From positions 81,966,001 to 82,030,000 of the forward strand of contig CM052816.1 of the NCBI GenBank assembly GCA_028534125.1: a DNA stretch of 64,000 nucleotides. Direction: 5' to 3'. Positions within the stretch are counted from its first letter, which is position 1; each line of letters starts with the position of its first letter. A model generated the notes under the pieces. The model was not told the DNA's origin. It saw only the letters and a program-made list of their open reading frames with translations, and did not search any database. This DNA is from Lama glama. Its lineage: Eukaryota. This document shows, piece by piece, positions 13,302 to 26,299 of this stretch. Both the position numbers and the translations under genes were made by a program.

Positions 13302-13845
13302 TTGATAGGATATACTTTCCAAGATCGTTGTCTGTTACAGGTAAGAATTACTCTCCTGTACATTGCATATAATAACAAGATAGGAGTAATTCTATCTTGC
13401 AGGTTACAAATGGAGCATTGAGATTCTCCATTTTGGGAGATGATGAGGACATTTAGAAACAGCTCTCTCCATTACTCTACTCTGATTGCCACTTTCAAGC
13501 CCTTTTTCTCACTTTTTTTGAGGCTGTCCCTAAAGAAACAGACTGAAGCTAAAATCTGCCTGTCAAACCTGACCCTTCTTTCAGCTCTTCTCCTTTATGA
13601 CTCTTCTTTCCAGGTGCTGAGTATTCTAATTCTTCTCTGAAAGACATGGATTTTTAGGTTTGTTTGTAGAAGCGAGCTTGCCCCAAAGCTCTGGAAATTT
13701 GACATTGGAGGAAATAAGATGGAAAGAGTGGGGCTTAAAATTTGACTGGATAAGCAGATCTCTTTCCTGTTTCATTTGAGATGATATAAAGATGGTGCTT
13801 CTATGCTAAGTTTTTAAGACTGAACTTATTTCACTGAAATTTTAG

Positions 13846-13984
13846 CTGGCCATGACTCATCCAAGTCATCACTTAAATTTTGGAATGAATCCCGATCATG
13901 CCAGGAATTCTTTGTCTAACTGTGGAATTCGGCAACCCAAATATGGAGATAGAAAAGTTCATCACATGCACATGCGGAAAAAAG
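13846..13984 (+). CDS. DROSHA: DROSHA exon E (LAMTHPSHHLNFGMNPDHARNSLSNCGIRQPKYGDRKVHHMHMRKK-G), RIIIDa N-terminal part
   Basis: aaattttag|CTGGCC ... AAAG|gtatgt; 139 nt, phase 0-1. Confidence 0.98.
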
Positions 13985-14331
13985 GTATGTTTGGATTCCA
14001 CTCTCGTGTTTTGTTCTTTGTGCCCTATTGTAAATTAAATCCCCACCAGAAATGGTTCCCTGGTGATGGTTTCATTCTCTCATTCTTTAGTGCTTCCTGA
14101 CCCATACGTTATAACATTTACTTTGAACAGAGCATTTTGATAAAAGTGGATAAAATTTTTGGAAAAATTTATTTCTCCGGTCAAGGGTTTTAAGTAACTA
14201 AGCTGTAGACATGCAGATATTAAACCTTTTAAAATCAGATTGGAATGAGATAGATAATTTTCTTTCTGCATGTCATATGATGGTCCTAGAATGCTTCTAA
14301 CAGTATTTACTTATGATTTTTTTTTAAATAG

Positions 14332-14392
14332 GAATTAACACCTTAATAAATATTATGTCACGCCTTGGCCAAGATGACCCAACTCCCTCAAG
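14332..14392 (+). CDS. DROSHA: DROSHA exon F (INTLINIMSRLGQDDPTPS-R)
   Basis: tttttaaatag|GAATTAAC ... TCAAG|gtaaag; 61 nt, phase 1-2. Confidence 0.97.
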
Positions 14393-14401
14393 GTAAAGTA
14401 G

Positions 14402-16912
14402 GCTTTTTTATAATAGCTTTGTTGAGATATAATTCACATACCATACAACTTACTCATTTAAAATATACACTTTGCTGGTTTTGGTATGTTTACAAAATAT
14501 GCAGCCATGACCACCGCTAATTTTAAAGCATTTTCATCATCCTAAAAAGAAACCCTGTATTCCTCACTTCCCTCAGTTTGCCCAGCCCCGGGCGACCACC
14601 AGTCTTCTTTCAGTCTACTTTCAATCTTTGTGGATTTGTGTATTCTGAACATTTTGTATAAATGATATCAAACAGTATATGGTCCTTTGTGACTGGCTTA
14701 TTTTACTTTACGTAATGTTTAAAATATTTATCCATGTTATAATATATGTCAGTACTTCATTTCTTTTTATTGCCAATTAGTATGCTATGGTGTGGGTATA
14801 CCATGTTTTATCTATCCAGTCATTAATTGATCATTTGTTGCTTTTACTTTTTGGCTATTATGAACAATGTTGCTATGAGTACTTACATACAGGTTTTTAT
14901 ATGGACGTGTTTTGATTTTTCTTGGGTGTATGTATACCTGGGTGTGAAATTTCTAGGTGATATGGTAGCTCTGTTTCACCTTTCCTTTAAGGAACTGCCA
15001 CACTGTTTCCAAAGTGGCTGCACCATTTTATATTTCCAGCAGCATCGGGTGATGGTTCTGATTTCCTCACGTCTCTCCCAACACTTGTTATCATCTGTCT
15101 TTTTGAATCTAGGCATCCTGGTGGGTATGAAGTGTTATCTCATGTGGCTTTATTTGTATTTCCCTGATGGCTGATGATGTAGAGCATCTTTTCACGTGTT
15201 TCTGGGCCATTTGTTTATCTTCTCTGGAGAAACATCTGTTCAGATCCTTTTCCCATTTTCAATTGGGTTATTTTTTATTATTGAGTTGTAATCATTTTTT
15301 ATATATTCCAGATACAAGTCCTTTATCAGATACATGACTTGTGAACATTTCTTTAATCATTCTGTGGATCATCTTTTCACTCTCTTAATGAAGCACAAAG
15401 TTTCAATGAATTCCAAGTAACAGATAAATTTTGTTGTTTATGCTTTTGGTGTCATGTCTAAGAAACCATTGCCTCATCTAAAGTCACAGAGATTTGCATT
15501 CATTTTTTTAAAGAGCTTTATGGGTTTTTTTCTCTCACATTTAGATCTTTGGTCTCTTCTGAGTGAATATTTCTATGTGGTATGTATGACATAGGAGTCC
15601 AGCTGCTTTCTGTTGCTTGTGAATATCTAGTTGTCTCAGCACCATTTCTTGAAAAGTCTTATCTTTCCCCACTAAATCATCTTGTTGAAAATCAACTAAC
15701 AGTATATTTTAGGATTTATTTTTGGATTCTTAGTTCTGTTCCATTGATCTGTATGTGTTGATCCTTATGCCACACTGTCTGGATTACTATAGCTTTGTAG
15801 TAAGTTTTGAAATCCAGAAATGCAAGATCTCCTCTCCAACTTTCTCCTTTTTTTCCAAGATTGTTTTGGCTATTCTAGATCTGTTACATTTGCATACGAA
15901 TTTTTGAATTAGCTTATCCATTTTTGCAAAGAAGCTAGTTGGGATTTTGATAGGGATTGTGTTGAATCTTTAGGTCAGTTTTTGAGTGATTGCCATCTCA
16001 GTATTGTCTCTGACTTAGTATTAAGTTGCCTGTCCCTGAACATTAGATGCCTTTGTTTTTTATTTGTTGTCTTTAATTTCTTAATAATGGTTTTTAGTCT
16101 TCAGAGTATACATTTTATATATCTTGTTAAACTTATTCCTAAATATTTTATTCTTTTCTACACTATTATAAATGAAATTCTTTTCTTAATTTTATTTTTG
16201 GATTGTTCATTGTAAGCATATGGAAATACAGTTGATTTTTGATTATTGATCTTGTATCGTGCAACTTTGCTGAGATCATTTGTTAGCTCCAGTAGTTTTT
16301 TTAGTGGGTTCCTTAGGATTTTCTATATATATGATCATTTTGCCTGTAATCAAAGTTAGTTTTACTTTTTTCTTTCCAGTCTGGATGCCTTTTATTTCAT
16401 TTTCTTAGTCTAGTTGCCCTGGCTAGTCTCCAGTACAATATTGAATAACAGTGGTGAGAGAGGATCCTTGTCTTTTTCCTAATCTTAAGGGGAAAACATT
16501 CTTTTTCTGTTGTGTATGATGTTAGCTGTGGGTTTCTCATAGGTACCTTTTATCAGGTTGAGGAAGTTCCCTTCTATTCCTAGTTTGTTGAATGTTTTTG
16601 TCATGAAAGTGTTAAATGCTTTTTCTGCATCTGTTGAGATGATCATGTGTGTTTTTCATTTATTCTATTCACATGGTATATTGCATTAATTGATTTTTGG
16701 GTGTTAAACCAACTTTGCTTTCCTGGGATACATCCCACTTAATCATGGTATATAATCCTCTTTATATGCTATAAATTTAGTTTGCTAGTATTGTGTTGAG
16801 GATTTTTGTGTCTCTCTTCATAAGCGATATTGGTCTGTAGTTTTCCTCTCCTGTGATTCTTTGTCTGGTTTCATGGTTAGGATACTACTGGCCTTATATA
16901 ATGGGTTGGGAA
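14402..16912 (-). mobile_element. L1 (L1MB/L1MC-like) ~2.5-kb fragment: 3'UTR plus ORF2 3' part, decayed
   Basis: Starts tttttataatagctttgttgagatataattcacataccatac; contains ccaaagtggctgcaccattttatatttccagcagc, gttgggattttgatagggattgtgttgaatct, aggttgaggaagttcccttctattcctagtttgttga. Confidence 0.93.
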
Positions 16913-18989
16913 ACTTTGTATGTTAGCTTTCCTTATTTTATTTCCTGATTTTAAAAGATACTGTCATATATTAATGTTCTCACTTCTGTATGGCCTTGAG
17001 CCCCTGGCAAATCTGGGAAGGAAGTGGGCCAGGTCTATATAAACTATATAAACTGGAAAACTGAATGGAAGGAAGTGCCTACTGGCTGATGAGGCTCTGA
17101 AGTTGCTCTCTGAAGGTTCGTCTCTGTGTGAAATACAACACGCTGTATTTTGAAAGCCAGTAGAGGAGGTTGCTTGAGGTCGGCTGTCTTTTTAAAATAG
17201 AGCATTGAAAAGTGGACTAGCCGGGCTTGCCCCTCTTGGAATCCAGACATAGGTGGATGAAAGATGGGTAGACTAGGGTGAGAAGTGATGGAGACTCAAG
17301 ACAGCTGCTGCAGCGGCTGGCTGGCCTCCACAGCCAGGAGAGTGCCCGGCCAAGCCAACACAGCTTCCTTTTCTACCATTGTCCTCATGCATCACTTCTC
17401 TTTTCAAATAGGCTTGCCTTGAGGTTGCTCTCTTTTGAGGTTATCATGAACCAAAACTGTCTTTCCTCTTCAGTCAAGAGGAAGAGGAAAGGCAGGAGGC
17501 AACTTTATAATTCCAGTTTGAAGATGATCACACACCTCACTACTGTGTTCTTTGGGAGTCTCAGATCAGAAAAGAACTGTCTAATTAGAGGAGCTTTAAT
17601 CACACCCTCAGGGATAGTGTGGCCATGGTTTCATTTTACTCTGCTATATTGTGGAGTCTCCAGATGGCCAGTTCTGTATTTTAATAAGTGGAACCCTGGG
17701 TCCCCTGCAGCCCCTTCAGCAAGGCTGCACACGCCGCAGACACGTCCTTTTCAATGATGAAAGCATGAGTTTAAGTGATCTCTGTCTTGTCTACCCCAAC
17801 CACAGTTGTTGGTATGTAAATTATTATCTTTTGATAGCATTGTTTAAACCTCATGGTTCAAGTTTTCTTTTGCTCTGTTGCAAAGAGCATTCTTACCATT
17901 GTAAGAGAATGATCACTGAGAAACCGTGTTCTTTCTGAATTTACCATTTTGAAAATGACAGCACTGATAGAGAATAAATAAATGATCTCTCTTGCCCTTT
18001 GACTTTTGGCCTCTGCTGCTTGTGCTGAGAGTCTCTTGCTGTGTGTCTGATCTTTTTGCTGATGCAGAGTCGACCCCAAAGTTTCTGTTCCGAAAGAGCC
18101 CCCTAGCCTTGGTGGCCGAGGCTGGAAGCTGCTTGGCTACTAGTGTCTGGTAGCTCCGGCCGTGCACAGCCTGGGAGCGGTACCGAAGAGGATGCTTCAG
18201 ACAAATTTAACTCAACAGAAATTTATTCAGTGCCTTTTGAGTTTGAGACAGTTTGTTAGCATTTTAAGGAAATCCAAAGGCAAGTAGGACAAAGCTCTCA
18301 CTCACCAGGAGGTGTGACTCCCTGAGGTGGGTGCCATAAACGTAAATAACTTAATATAAGGGAGACTGCAAAGTGCTTCAGTGAAAGTCAAAACTAAAAC
18401 ATACACACCAGACTGCTGTGGGGCCAAGGAGAGCTGTGGTGGTTGTTTAGGCATTATAGGTCAGTTATATACTGTGCTCTTGAATAATTGAGTTCACTTG
18501 AAACGATTTGCCCTCTCCCCTGTTTGTTTCTTAGTTTGCTATTATAAAGTGGGATGCAGTAGTCTCTGTTGCTTGGAAGTGTTTGTATATCTTTGAAATG
18601 AACATTATCAAGTGTTACTGGTTGTATCTCCCAAGCAAGCTTGCTCAGAATTTTAGGCTTGAAAAAAAGAAAAGCCAGCATGCTAGTGGGTTATCTGGGG
18701 AATGTGTGTCTGACACTGGAAGTGCAGGAGCAGGACCGGTCGGGGAGAGGGCCGAGAGGAGAGGCTCTTGGTGGAATTCTTCTCCTGGTCCCTCTGAAAA
18801 CACCTTCTCCTGGTCCTGCCCCTCCTGCAGTACAATTAGTACCGCATTCTGCCGGGCCTCCCTTCAGATGCCACTGTAGGCAGCCATCTTGCTATTTCTG
18901 GAGCAGTTTCTCTAGTTCTGAGCTGTAACCTGCTTGAAAGCTTTCTGTGACATCTTGTCAGCTACTGAATAGGTCTGAGTGTCCTCACC

Positions 18990-19365
18990 TGGGGATCCCA
19001 GCCCCCATGACTTGGCCCCAGGTCACTTTTCTAGGCAGATCACTCTTCCCTGCATCTGTCCTAATAGACTTAAGGTGCTGTCAAGTGGACCCTCTCCCTT
19101 CCCTGAATGCCACGGTCATTGGACAGATACCTGTGAAATATCCTGTAACCCTGTAACATCCTGCCCAGATCCCCTGGGCATTTGTTTTATGGTTCATGTT
19201 CTATTTCTCCCACGCACTATAATTGTGTTGTAGTCTGATTTTTTTTTCTTTTTTACTGTGAGCATTTTGAAGGTCTTTGGTCCTACCCCACCTTTTTTTT
19301 CCTTTTTGAACTAGTGCCTTTCATAAAGCAGGGGCTCTGTAAATAAGTGTTAAAGGAAAGAATGT
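18990..19365 (+). mobile_element. L2 3'-end fragment
   Basis: Ends ctagtgcctttcataaagcaggggctctgtaaataagtgttaaaggaaagaatg, typical of an L2 tail. Confidence 0.55.
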
Positions 19366-21688
19366 CATTCATGACATTACTTTCATTCCAGGTTATTTAC
19401 CTGTTGACTAGAAATAGGGAAATGGGGGCATTAGGAAGGGCGATGGTCAGAGCCATCAGCAAAGGGTTAAATGACTGGTTACTGTCTTAACACATTGATC
19501 GCCCACTGTGGATGGGGTGTCCCTGAAGAAACACAGCTGTTACCCAGATTTGGGTGATGCGGTGATCAATGTGTTAATCTGATTTGGGGTCAGCTAGGAT
19601 TTACAAAAAGGCATGAAGTTTTAAAAATAAAAAAATAAGAATCTGTCTACCTATCAAAACTACAAAATAATTAACTTTTTGATGGCATCATTTCAAGTGA
19701 GTGTGCCACCCATAATTTTAAAAAGTGTCACAACTTACCGACATAAATCTCAGCTGTATGGTTATATTAAACTCATGAAAATTGTAATGAACTGTTACCA
19801 ACAGAGAAGATCTCTGAAGGACTAGGCATTTGGTGGCATTCAGGTAATCCATGTTATCATTGTCAGTAAGACCTTTGGCAAAGAGGGCCAGAAGACTGTA
19901 AATGTGAGAGCATATAGCAGCCGTGTTTTGTTTTGTTTTGTTTTGTTCTGATTGGTAGAATCATTACTAGATATAATGTGTGAGAATCTATTGGACCAAC
20001 GAGAAACACATATGGACTGCTTAATATCTGTTATTTAAGGAGATGGTAGGTTCAAAGTACATTTTCAATCAGTTATACATAAGTATTTTGTCTTTAAAAC
20101 ACAGTAACAGCTTGTATGAATATATGTGAATTCTACTGAGTGAATCCACTGATTAAATGCTTCAGGTTAAATCCTAGAGATACTTAACTTGGGATCCATG
20201 GGTCCAGTTGGGTCTGAGATCTAGCAGCTCTCCTCCTCCCAAGTGTTCAGGTAGAGATAATGAATAGAAGGAATTCCTGAGTTGGTTGGAAACTTCAACT
20301 GGCCTGCAAGGCCCCTTCTAGCTCTGCTCCACCTGTTGCCACTTGAGGCTTGGAATGAATGCAGAAGTGAGAAAATGTTGTCTATCCCTTTAGTCTAGCA
20401 GTTACCCTTGGACTTGGCCCATCCTGTGGTGGTTTTCTAGGGAGTAAATGACAACTTACAGTAATTACTGTTACAGGGAGACTGTTGTATTACTAAGTGC
20501 TTTGAATTCCTCAGACCAAATGTGCTGTATAAATGTTACAGTTAATCTAGATTTCGTAATGCCTCTGTTGATTCAGTTCTTAAAAACAAATGGAATGTTT
20601 ACTGCTCAGTAAACATCTCATCTTGGAGCTTGCTAGTATTTAAACAGGGGGTAATTAAAGAATGTATAAACAATAGAAGAAGGAACAAAAAATTTGCTAC
20701 TGCAGTCAACAGGGACCAGCACCTCCCTCTGTCCACTTTTCCAGATAAACCACTGGGTTGGGACTTGTCCAGTGTAATAATAAACTAAAGTGGTATTTAA
20801 TCCCTATTTTTGTTTGTGGCTTATTGCCAGAGTTTAGTCATAGTGTAGATACAGAAAAACATATGCTGGATAGAGGCAAATTATTTAATGGATAGCAGAC
20901 TTACTATTGAATAAACCTGTTTAGAACTGTGACCTTGTATTTTAACACACTGAATAATAGTCTACCTTTGTGGTTATTAAAATCCTAGACATAGTTCCTG
21001 TCTCCCTGAAAGTTTATAAAAGAAATTAAAATTTATACCAGTATGATTTCAGTCAAAATAGTATGTGACTCAAAGCAGCTACTATTCTTTGACTAGTTGT
21101 GTTATTATTCTTCAGTTAAGCATTGGACAGCCCAAATACGGTTTGGCTCTACCTCAGACCCCTGCCAGGGTTTCTTTCCTTCCACGTTAAGTAGATTTTC
21201 CTGTATAGTACCTTGAGCTATTGGGAAGAAAATAAAGTCTTTCCCACAGAAAATGCTTTTTTATTTTACTGGCTTGTGGGAAGGAATAGGATAATACTAA
21301 GTTCTTTCATTTTAAAAACTCCCCCTTTCTTTTGTAGTTTCTATCATCTTGCAGGACAACAGCCTATTAGGTTTCATGAAGTTAAATTAGCAAGAGTACT
21401 TAGAGGTTAACGTCATCTCATCATTAAATAGTGCCTCTCTTTCTTGGTGCTTTCTTCAAGAAAGATGACAGATGCTTCTGGAGTTCTGCTGTATCTGACG
21501 GAAAGCAAAATCACAATACGGATTAGCTTCTATAAGATTTTTGTTTTCACATGTAGTAGTTTATATTCTACCATGGAACTTTTTAGTCACTCTTGGCTAG
21601 TGGACTAACAACAGCAACAAAAAATGTCTTAAAATCTAGTATGTATTTGGTAAGAATAATAAAAGAACATTTTAGGACCTAATGCTTA

Positions 21689-21770
21689 TTTTCTTTCTTT
21701 CTTCCTTCTTCCCTTCTTCTTCTTCTTCTTCTTTTTCTTCTTCTTCCTCTTCCTCCTCCTCTTCTTCTTC
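21689..21770 (+). repeat. 82-nt pure polypyrimidine (TTC/TCC)n microsatellite
   Basis: No purine on the + strand between 21689 and 21770. Confidence 0.95.
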
Positions 21771-22739
21771 GTAAACTGTTAGTAGGTTGTGCATTCACTG
21801 GCATAGCAATAAATTATTTTCTCTTGCTATTTTTTTTCATTTCCCATTATTGGTTATTAACTGCTTGCCAGAATGCCTTTTTCACATAAATTGAACTAAG
21901 AGTTCAGAATCGCTTCTTTATTTATTGCTCAGATATTTCCAGTTTTCTCCTATTACATTTATTTTTCTTCTAAATTCCAAAATATGGAGTAATGGTAGAC
22001 CAGAAGAATAAACCTACATGTGAAATATGTGAAATAAAGCAAAATGAACTCAAATTACCAAGCAGTTGATTTGGTAGCTGAGTCATTTAATTTGCAAATG
22101 TTTTCTATTTTCTACATATACTGAAACTTTAGGGAAACTTTAAATATGGAAACTGTACTGGTACAATGAAACAAAGAACAATGCAGGTAGTATATAATTT
22201 TGTCATAAATTGAGTGATAAACATTTAAGTCACGTGGATGGTGGGGTTTAGCCAGCATTCCCGAGAGCTCCCGGAGTGAGGGCAGGCCTCCCAGCTGACC
22301 TTAAGAACAAGAGATCTGAGAGGGGAACACAGGAGGGAGAAGGAATGGCGTACATCTGGGTCAGTGTGGAGGCTGGTCCACTTGGAGTTCTAAATTGCTG
22401 TTGAACAGAGATAAAATGGGTTGGTACGGTGGGACTAGATAAAGAATAACCTTCAGAGCCAGACAGATTTAGACCTGATGGTCAGCTGTGGGATTTCTTG
22501 AGAAGATGAGAGGTGGAGTCAGGGAGGTGAGCTCTAGTCGGGCCCAGGCTGCCCTTTGACCTCTTTGCTCAGGTCCCAGGGGCTTGAGTGCCCTCCTTCG
22601 CTCCTCACCATTGTCACCATCCTTTCTGGCTTCCTGCCGTTACATATCCCCTGGCCCTCATATTTTCTTTTTGTGGCTAGGACTCAGCAAGCACCCAGCC
22701 TCTTCTTTTGTGTGGCTTTAGACTCCTCGTGTCAGAGTC

Positions 22740-23405
22740 AGGTTTGTCTCCACTTCACAGAGCTGGCCCTTCCGTGGCCTCAGCGATTTCCTCGTGATGT
22801 CAGGGCTCTCTTCTTATCTTGCTGAATCTATTTCTTTATTGAAGCATATTCTTCTCTTTGGCTAGAGGCTAGTGCTGGCTGCCTCTTCCTCCCACTCCCC
22901 TAGCCAGTCCTTCTCTATTGCAGGCTTCCCTTCTGCTTGACTTTGACCATGACCTTTCCCTGGGCTCAATTCTGGACCCCTTTTCTAGCTGCATTCTCTC
23001 CCTGAGTAATGCCGTCCAATTTCAGCACCTGGAATCCTGTCTCCATATTGACCACTCCTGAAGATTTGTTACCATCGTCATCTTTGCCTGTGAAGAATAG
23101 GTTAATATAGCCAGTGTTTTGCCAGAGCTCTCCATTGGGGTGTTTTATAAACATTTCACAGTTAACATGTCTAAAATGCAACTGTTGCTTCTTCCCACAC
23201 CTGTTCTGGGTCTTCCCCTGGCAGTAACTGGCATCACTTTTCACTCAGCAGCATGAGCTAAAATCTGGACTTTGGCCTTCATTCTTTTCTACTGGTTAGC
23301 TTCCCACTGCCAATTATCAGCAACTCTTTTCTGCTGTATCTTTAAAATGTCTCCCGAATCTGCTACTGCTCTCCTCTTCCACCTTCAGCTCTCCAGCCTA
23401 AACTT
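22740..23405 (+). mobile_element. L2 internal fragment
   Basis: L2 motifs (ctctccattggggtgttttataaacatttcacagttaacatgtctaaaatgcaactg; ctgtatctttaaaatgtctcccgaatctg). Confidence 0.65.
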
Positions 23406-24223
23406 CCTTCGTGTTCCGTTGAGACCACGCACACCAGATGGGAGAAACAGCCTTGGAGATGTGCATTCATCATATAATGAAGTTGTAAATAAAATGTGAT
23501 CTCCACACTGAGAGGGGAGGTGTTGATTTTGATGAGGGACTCAGGTGGGGATTCATCGGGAGCTGACATTTTGCTAGACCTTGAGGATTGAGTAGGTTTT
23601 CAGTGTAGTTCAGTGCCCAAGGAGAGCAGCAGGCCCCCCAGGGTGGTGGAGAGCTGGACCTGAGCAGAGGCACCAGATGTTTTAGGGGATGCCCTTCTCA
23701 GAGAGGACCAGGCAGTTTTAGAACAGAAGCCTGCACATAGGTGGGAGAGGATGATGAGACTGAAGAGGTAGGCTGGGCTGATTTTGAAGGGATTTAGATG
23801 CTAGAGGTTACATTTAGAGTTTGGAGTGTGCACCATGGGAAGCTAGAACATCATACCAAAGCTGATTTTCCCTTGTTCTCTCCCTGAGAATGCATTCTCC
23901 TTTCTCTCGTCCATTTGATAGCAGTGTGGAAAGATTCAGTTGTTAGAGTGATATCTCCTGGCCTTAAATCTGACTCCGGGGCATGGAGCCCCAGGGTGGA
24001 AAGCCTGAACCCCATAGTATGAGGAAATGCTACCCACTAGCCCCGTTCCCACCAGGCAGCCCCTGTACCTCCCGCTAAGGCCATTTGTGCTGCTGATTAT
24101 GAGGAGTAAGGTAGGGTGTTTTGATTACTGAAGGAGCTAACCCTCAGTGTCCTTTTCTCTGAGAAGAGAGGGAGAGAATGTAAATGTGTGCTATTTTAAG
24201 GGATCTTTTTAATTCTCCTGTAG

Positions 24224-24283
24224 GATTAATCACAATGAGCGGTTGGAGTTCCTGGGTGATGCTGTTGTTGAATTTCTGACCAG
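24224..24283 (+). CDS. DROSHA: DROSHA exon G (INHNERLEFLGDAVVEFLT-S), RIIIDa signature, E969/D973 equivalents
   Basis: ttctcctgtag|GATTAAT ... ACCAG|gtaagt; 60 nt, phase 2-2. Confidence 0.98.
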
Positions 24284-25545
24284 GTAAGTCTGCTTTTCTG
24301 CTGTTCCCCAGTAATTGCATTTTATAGTTAACATACTTCATACATTGCCTTCTTTGTAATTAGCCAAATAAGGCCTTGAAACACCATGTTTTTGGTCTCA
24401 CCTTGTAGAGCTTAAAAGCCACATGTCTGTGGCTCTTGCCCTGATAACTTGCACTCACTGATGCTGTAACGAGCAAGATTACAAGATGAAAGGCTAGTGT
24501 CTCTGTCTTGTCAAGTTTATGTTCAAGTTGCTACAACCACGAGAGATCAGCTTGTCTTGGTCTCGATGCTTCAGAGCTTATATTCAATTTGTAGAGAAAG
24601 GGATGATATTTTAAAATGTCATTTCATTTTCTAGGATTTGTCTTTGAGCCCTTTCTCACTCTTTTTGAACTCAAGGGAAGTAAAACTTACAAGAATTTTA
24701 ATGACCAGATTTTGGTGTGTGTGTGTATTTGTATGTTTTCTCCCCAGAGGTGTTTTGGGGTCCTCAATTTGGAGGTAAGGGGAGGAAAGTACATTTCGTT
24801 TTTTCAGTAGTTTCAAAATTTCTCTTTTAAAGGGAGACGACACATGTTTCTCTTGAAACCTTTTTGAGCTATTTTTATTCTCTTTAGGTCATTTCTTTTC
24901 CCAAGAAGGAAATAATAAGGCAAAGGGGCTGTATTCTAAGCTTGTTCCCACTGGACACAACAGGACCGAATACAATAGGATCAACAGTGGATGTTAGAAA
25001 CCAGTGTGAGAGTTAGGAGAGCGCAGTTACTGTTGTGACCTGAACTGGTTTCCCGTTGGCCTTCGTCCCAGTTCCCATAATTTCCTGATCAGCCCCGTTA
25101 GGCTTATCCTTAGGGCACAGCCCTGGTTCTTTCTGTCTTTGTGAGGACTGTGCCACCACGGCTGCCCTGCTTTTCAGGGGCCCTCGTAACCGCCCCAGGC
25201 AGAGCTCTGTGTCCAGGCTCAGTTGTCAGGTGTTAGATAGGTTTGCCCTCAGTGTGTGCAGACTGCTCAGGTCTTTGTTGTCATCATATTTCAGAGAAAT
25301 CTTTTAACAGAAACAAATGTGCACACATGAGTAAATGGTGTTTCTTGGGCTTTAGCACATTCACATTTTCCATGCTTACTATTTCACTTTCAAAGACTTT
25401 TCATCAAACCCTTCAGTTTAGTTCAATTCAGCTGGTATATGTTGCCCAGATAGTATGTGCCAGGCCTGTTCTGGGGACTCTAAACCACCGACAGAATGCT
25501 GTGATGTGTATTTGTGTATGTGCCTTTTTTTTTTTTCTTTTGCAG

Positions 25546-25645
25546 TGTCCATTTGTACTACTTGTTTCCCAGTCTGGAAGAGGGAGGACTAGCAACCTAT
25601 CGGACTGCCATCGTTCAGAACCAGCACCTCGCCATGCTGGCGAAG
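25546..25645 (+). CDS. DROSHA: DROSHA exon H (VHLYYLFPSLEEGGLATYRTAIVQNQHLAMLAK)
   Basis: ttcttttgcag|TGTCCAT ... AAG|gtatat; 100 nt, phase 2-0. Confidence 0.98.
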
Positions 25646-26299
25646 GTATATCAGATCTCTGGAGCAGTTGTAGTGCAGTCTGACTTTCTCTCCTTCAGTC
25701 CATGCATGATTTTGCATTTGAATTAGTAACTCTTTAGGGTGTATTAAGGGTTTAATATTTTATAGACGAAGAAGGATTTTTTTTTTGTTTGAATTTTAAG
25801 GATTCAGGCTTATTAGTTCTGTTACCTTAGTGAGTTTCACCAGCAGCTAATGAACTCCACGGCGAGGTAACTTGATAACAGAAGAGGAAAAATTTGACAG
25901 ATGTACGTGAACAGACTTGAACATTTGGGGGAAAGGAACAGAGCAAAAGAAATGAAATATTTTGTATTTTCCCTTTGTGTAATATGTCTGTATTACAATT
26001 GTTTCTAATTTACTTTAACAAGCCAAATTACAGCTTTGAATAGAATACTCCAGGCCATTGATATCCACAGGGGATGCTTTACAGATCTTTGAGAATCGCC
26101 CCAAATCACAAATCCTATTAATTAAGATTTAGGATTTAGGCTGACTTAGCTGGATGACTAACAGAACCTTTTCTGGATTTAGATTTGTGGTAGGTACGCT
26201 ACTCACATGACCTCATTTGCTGCTCCTCTCTCTGTGCAGTGTCTCATTATAGTAAATCATAGCAGATAGAAATGGGCGCTTGCATCGGCTGTCAGGATA

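Noticed and set aside
12705..13421. Long X-filled ORFs (172-226 aa) and an apparent second copy of exon D
   Set aside because: They arise from the 500-N gap and the 199-bp overlap duplication; the second copy has no acceptor or 5' part.
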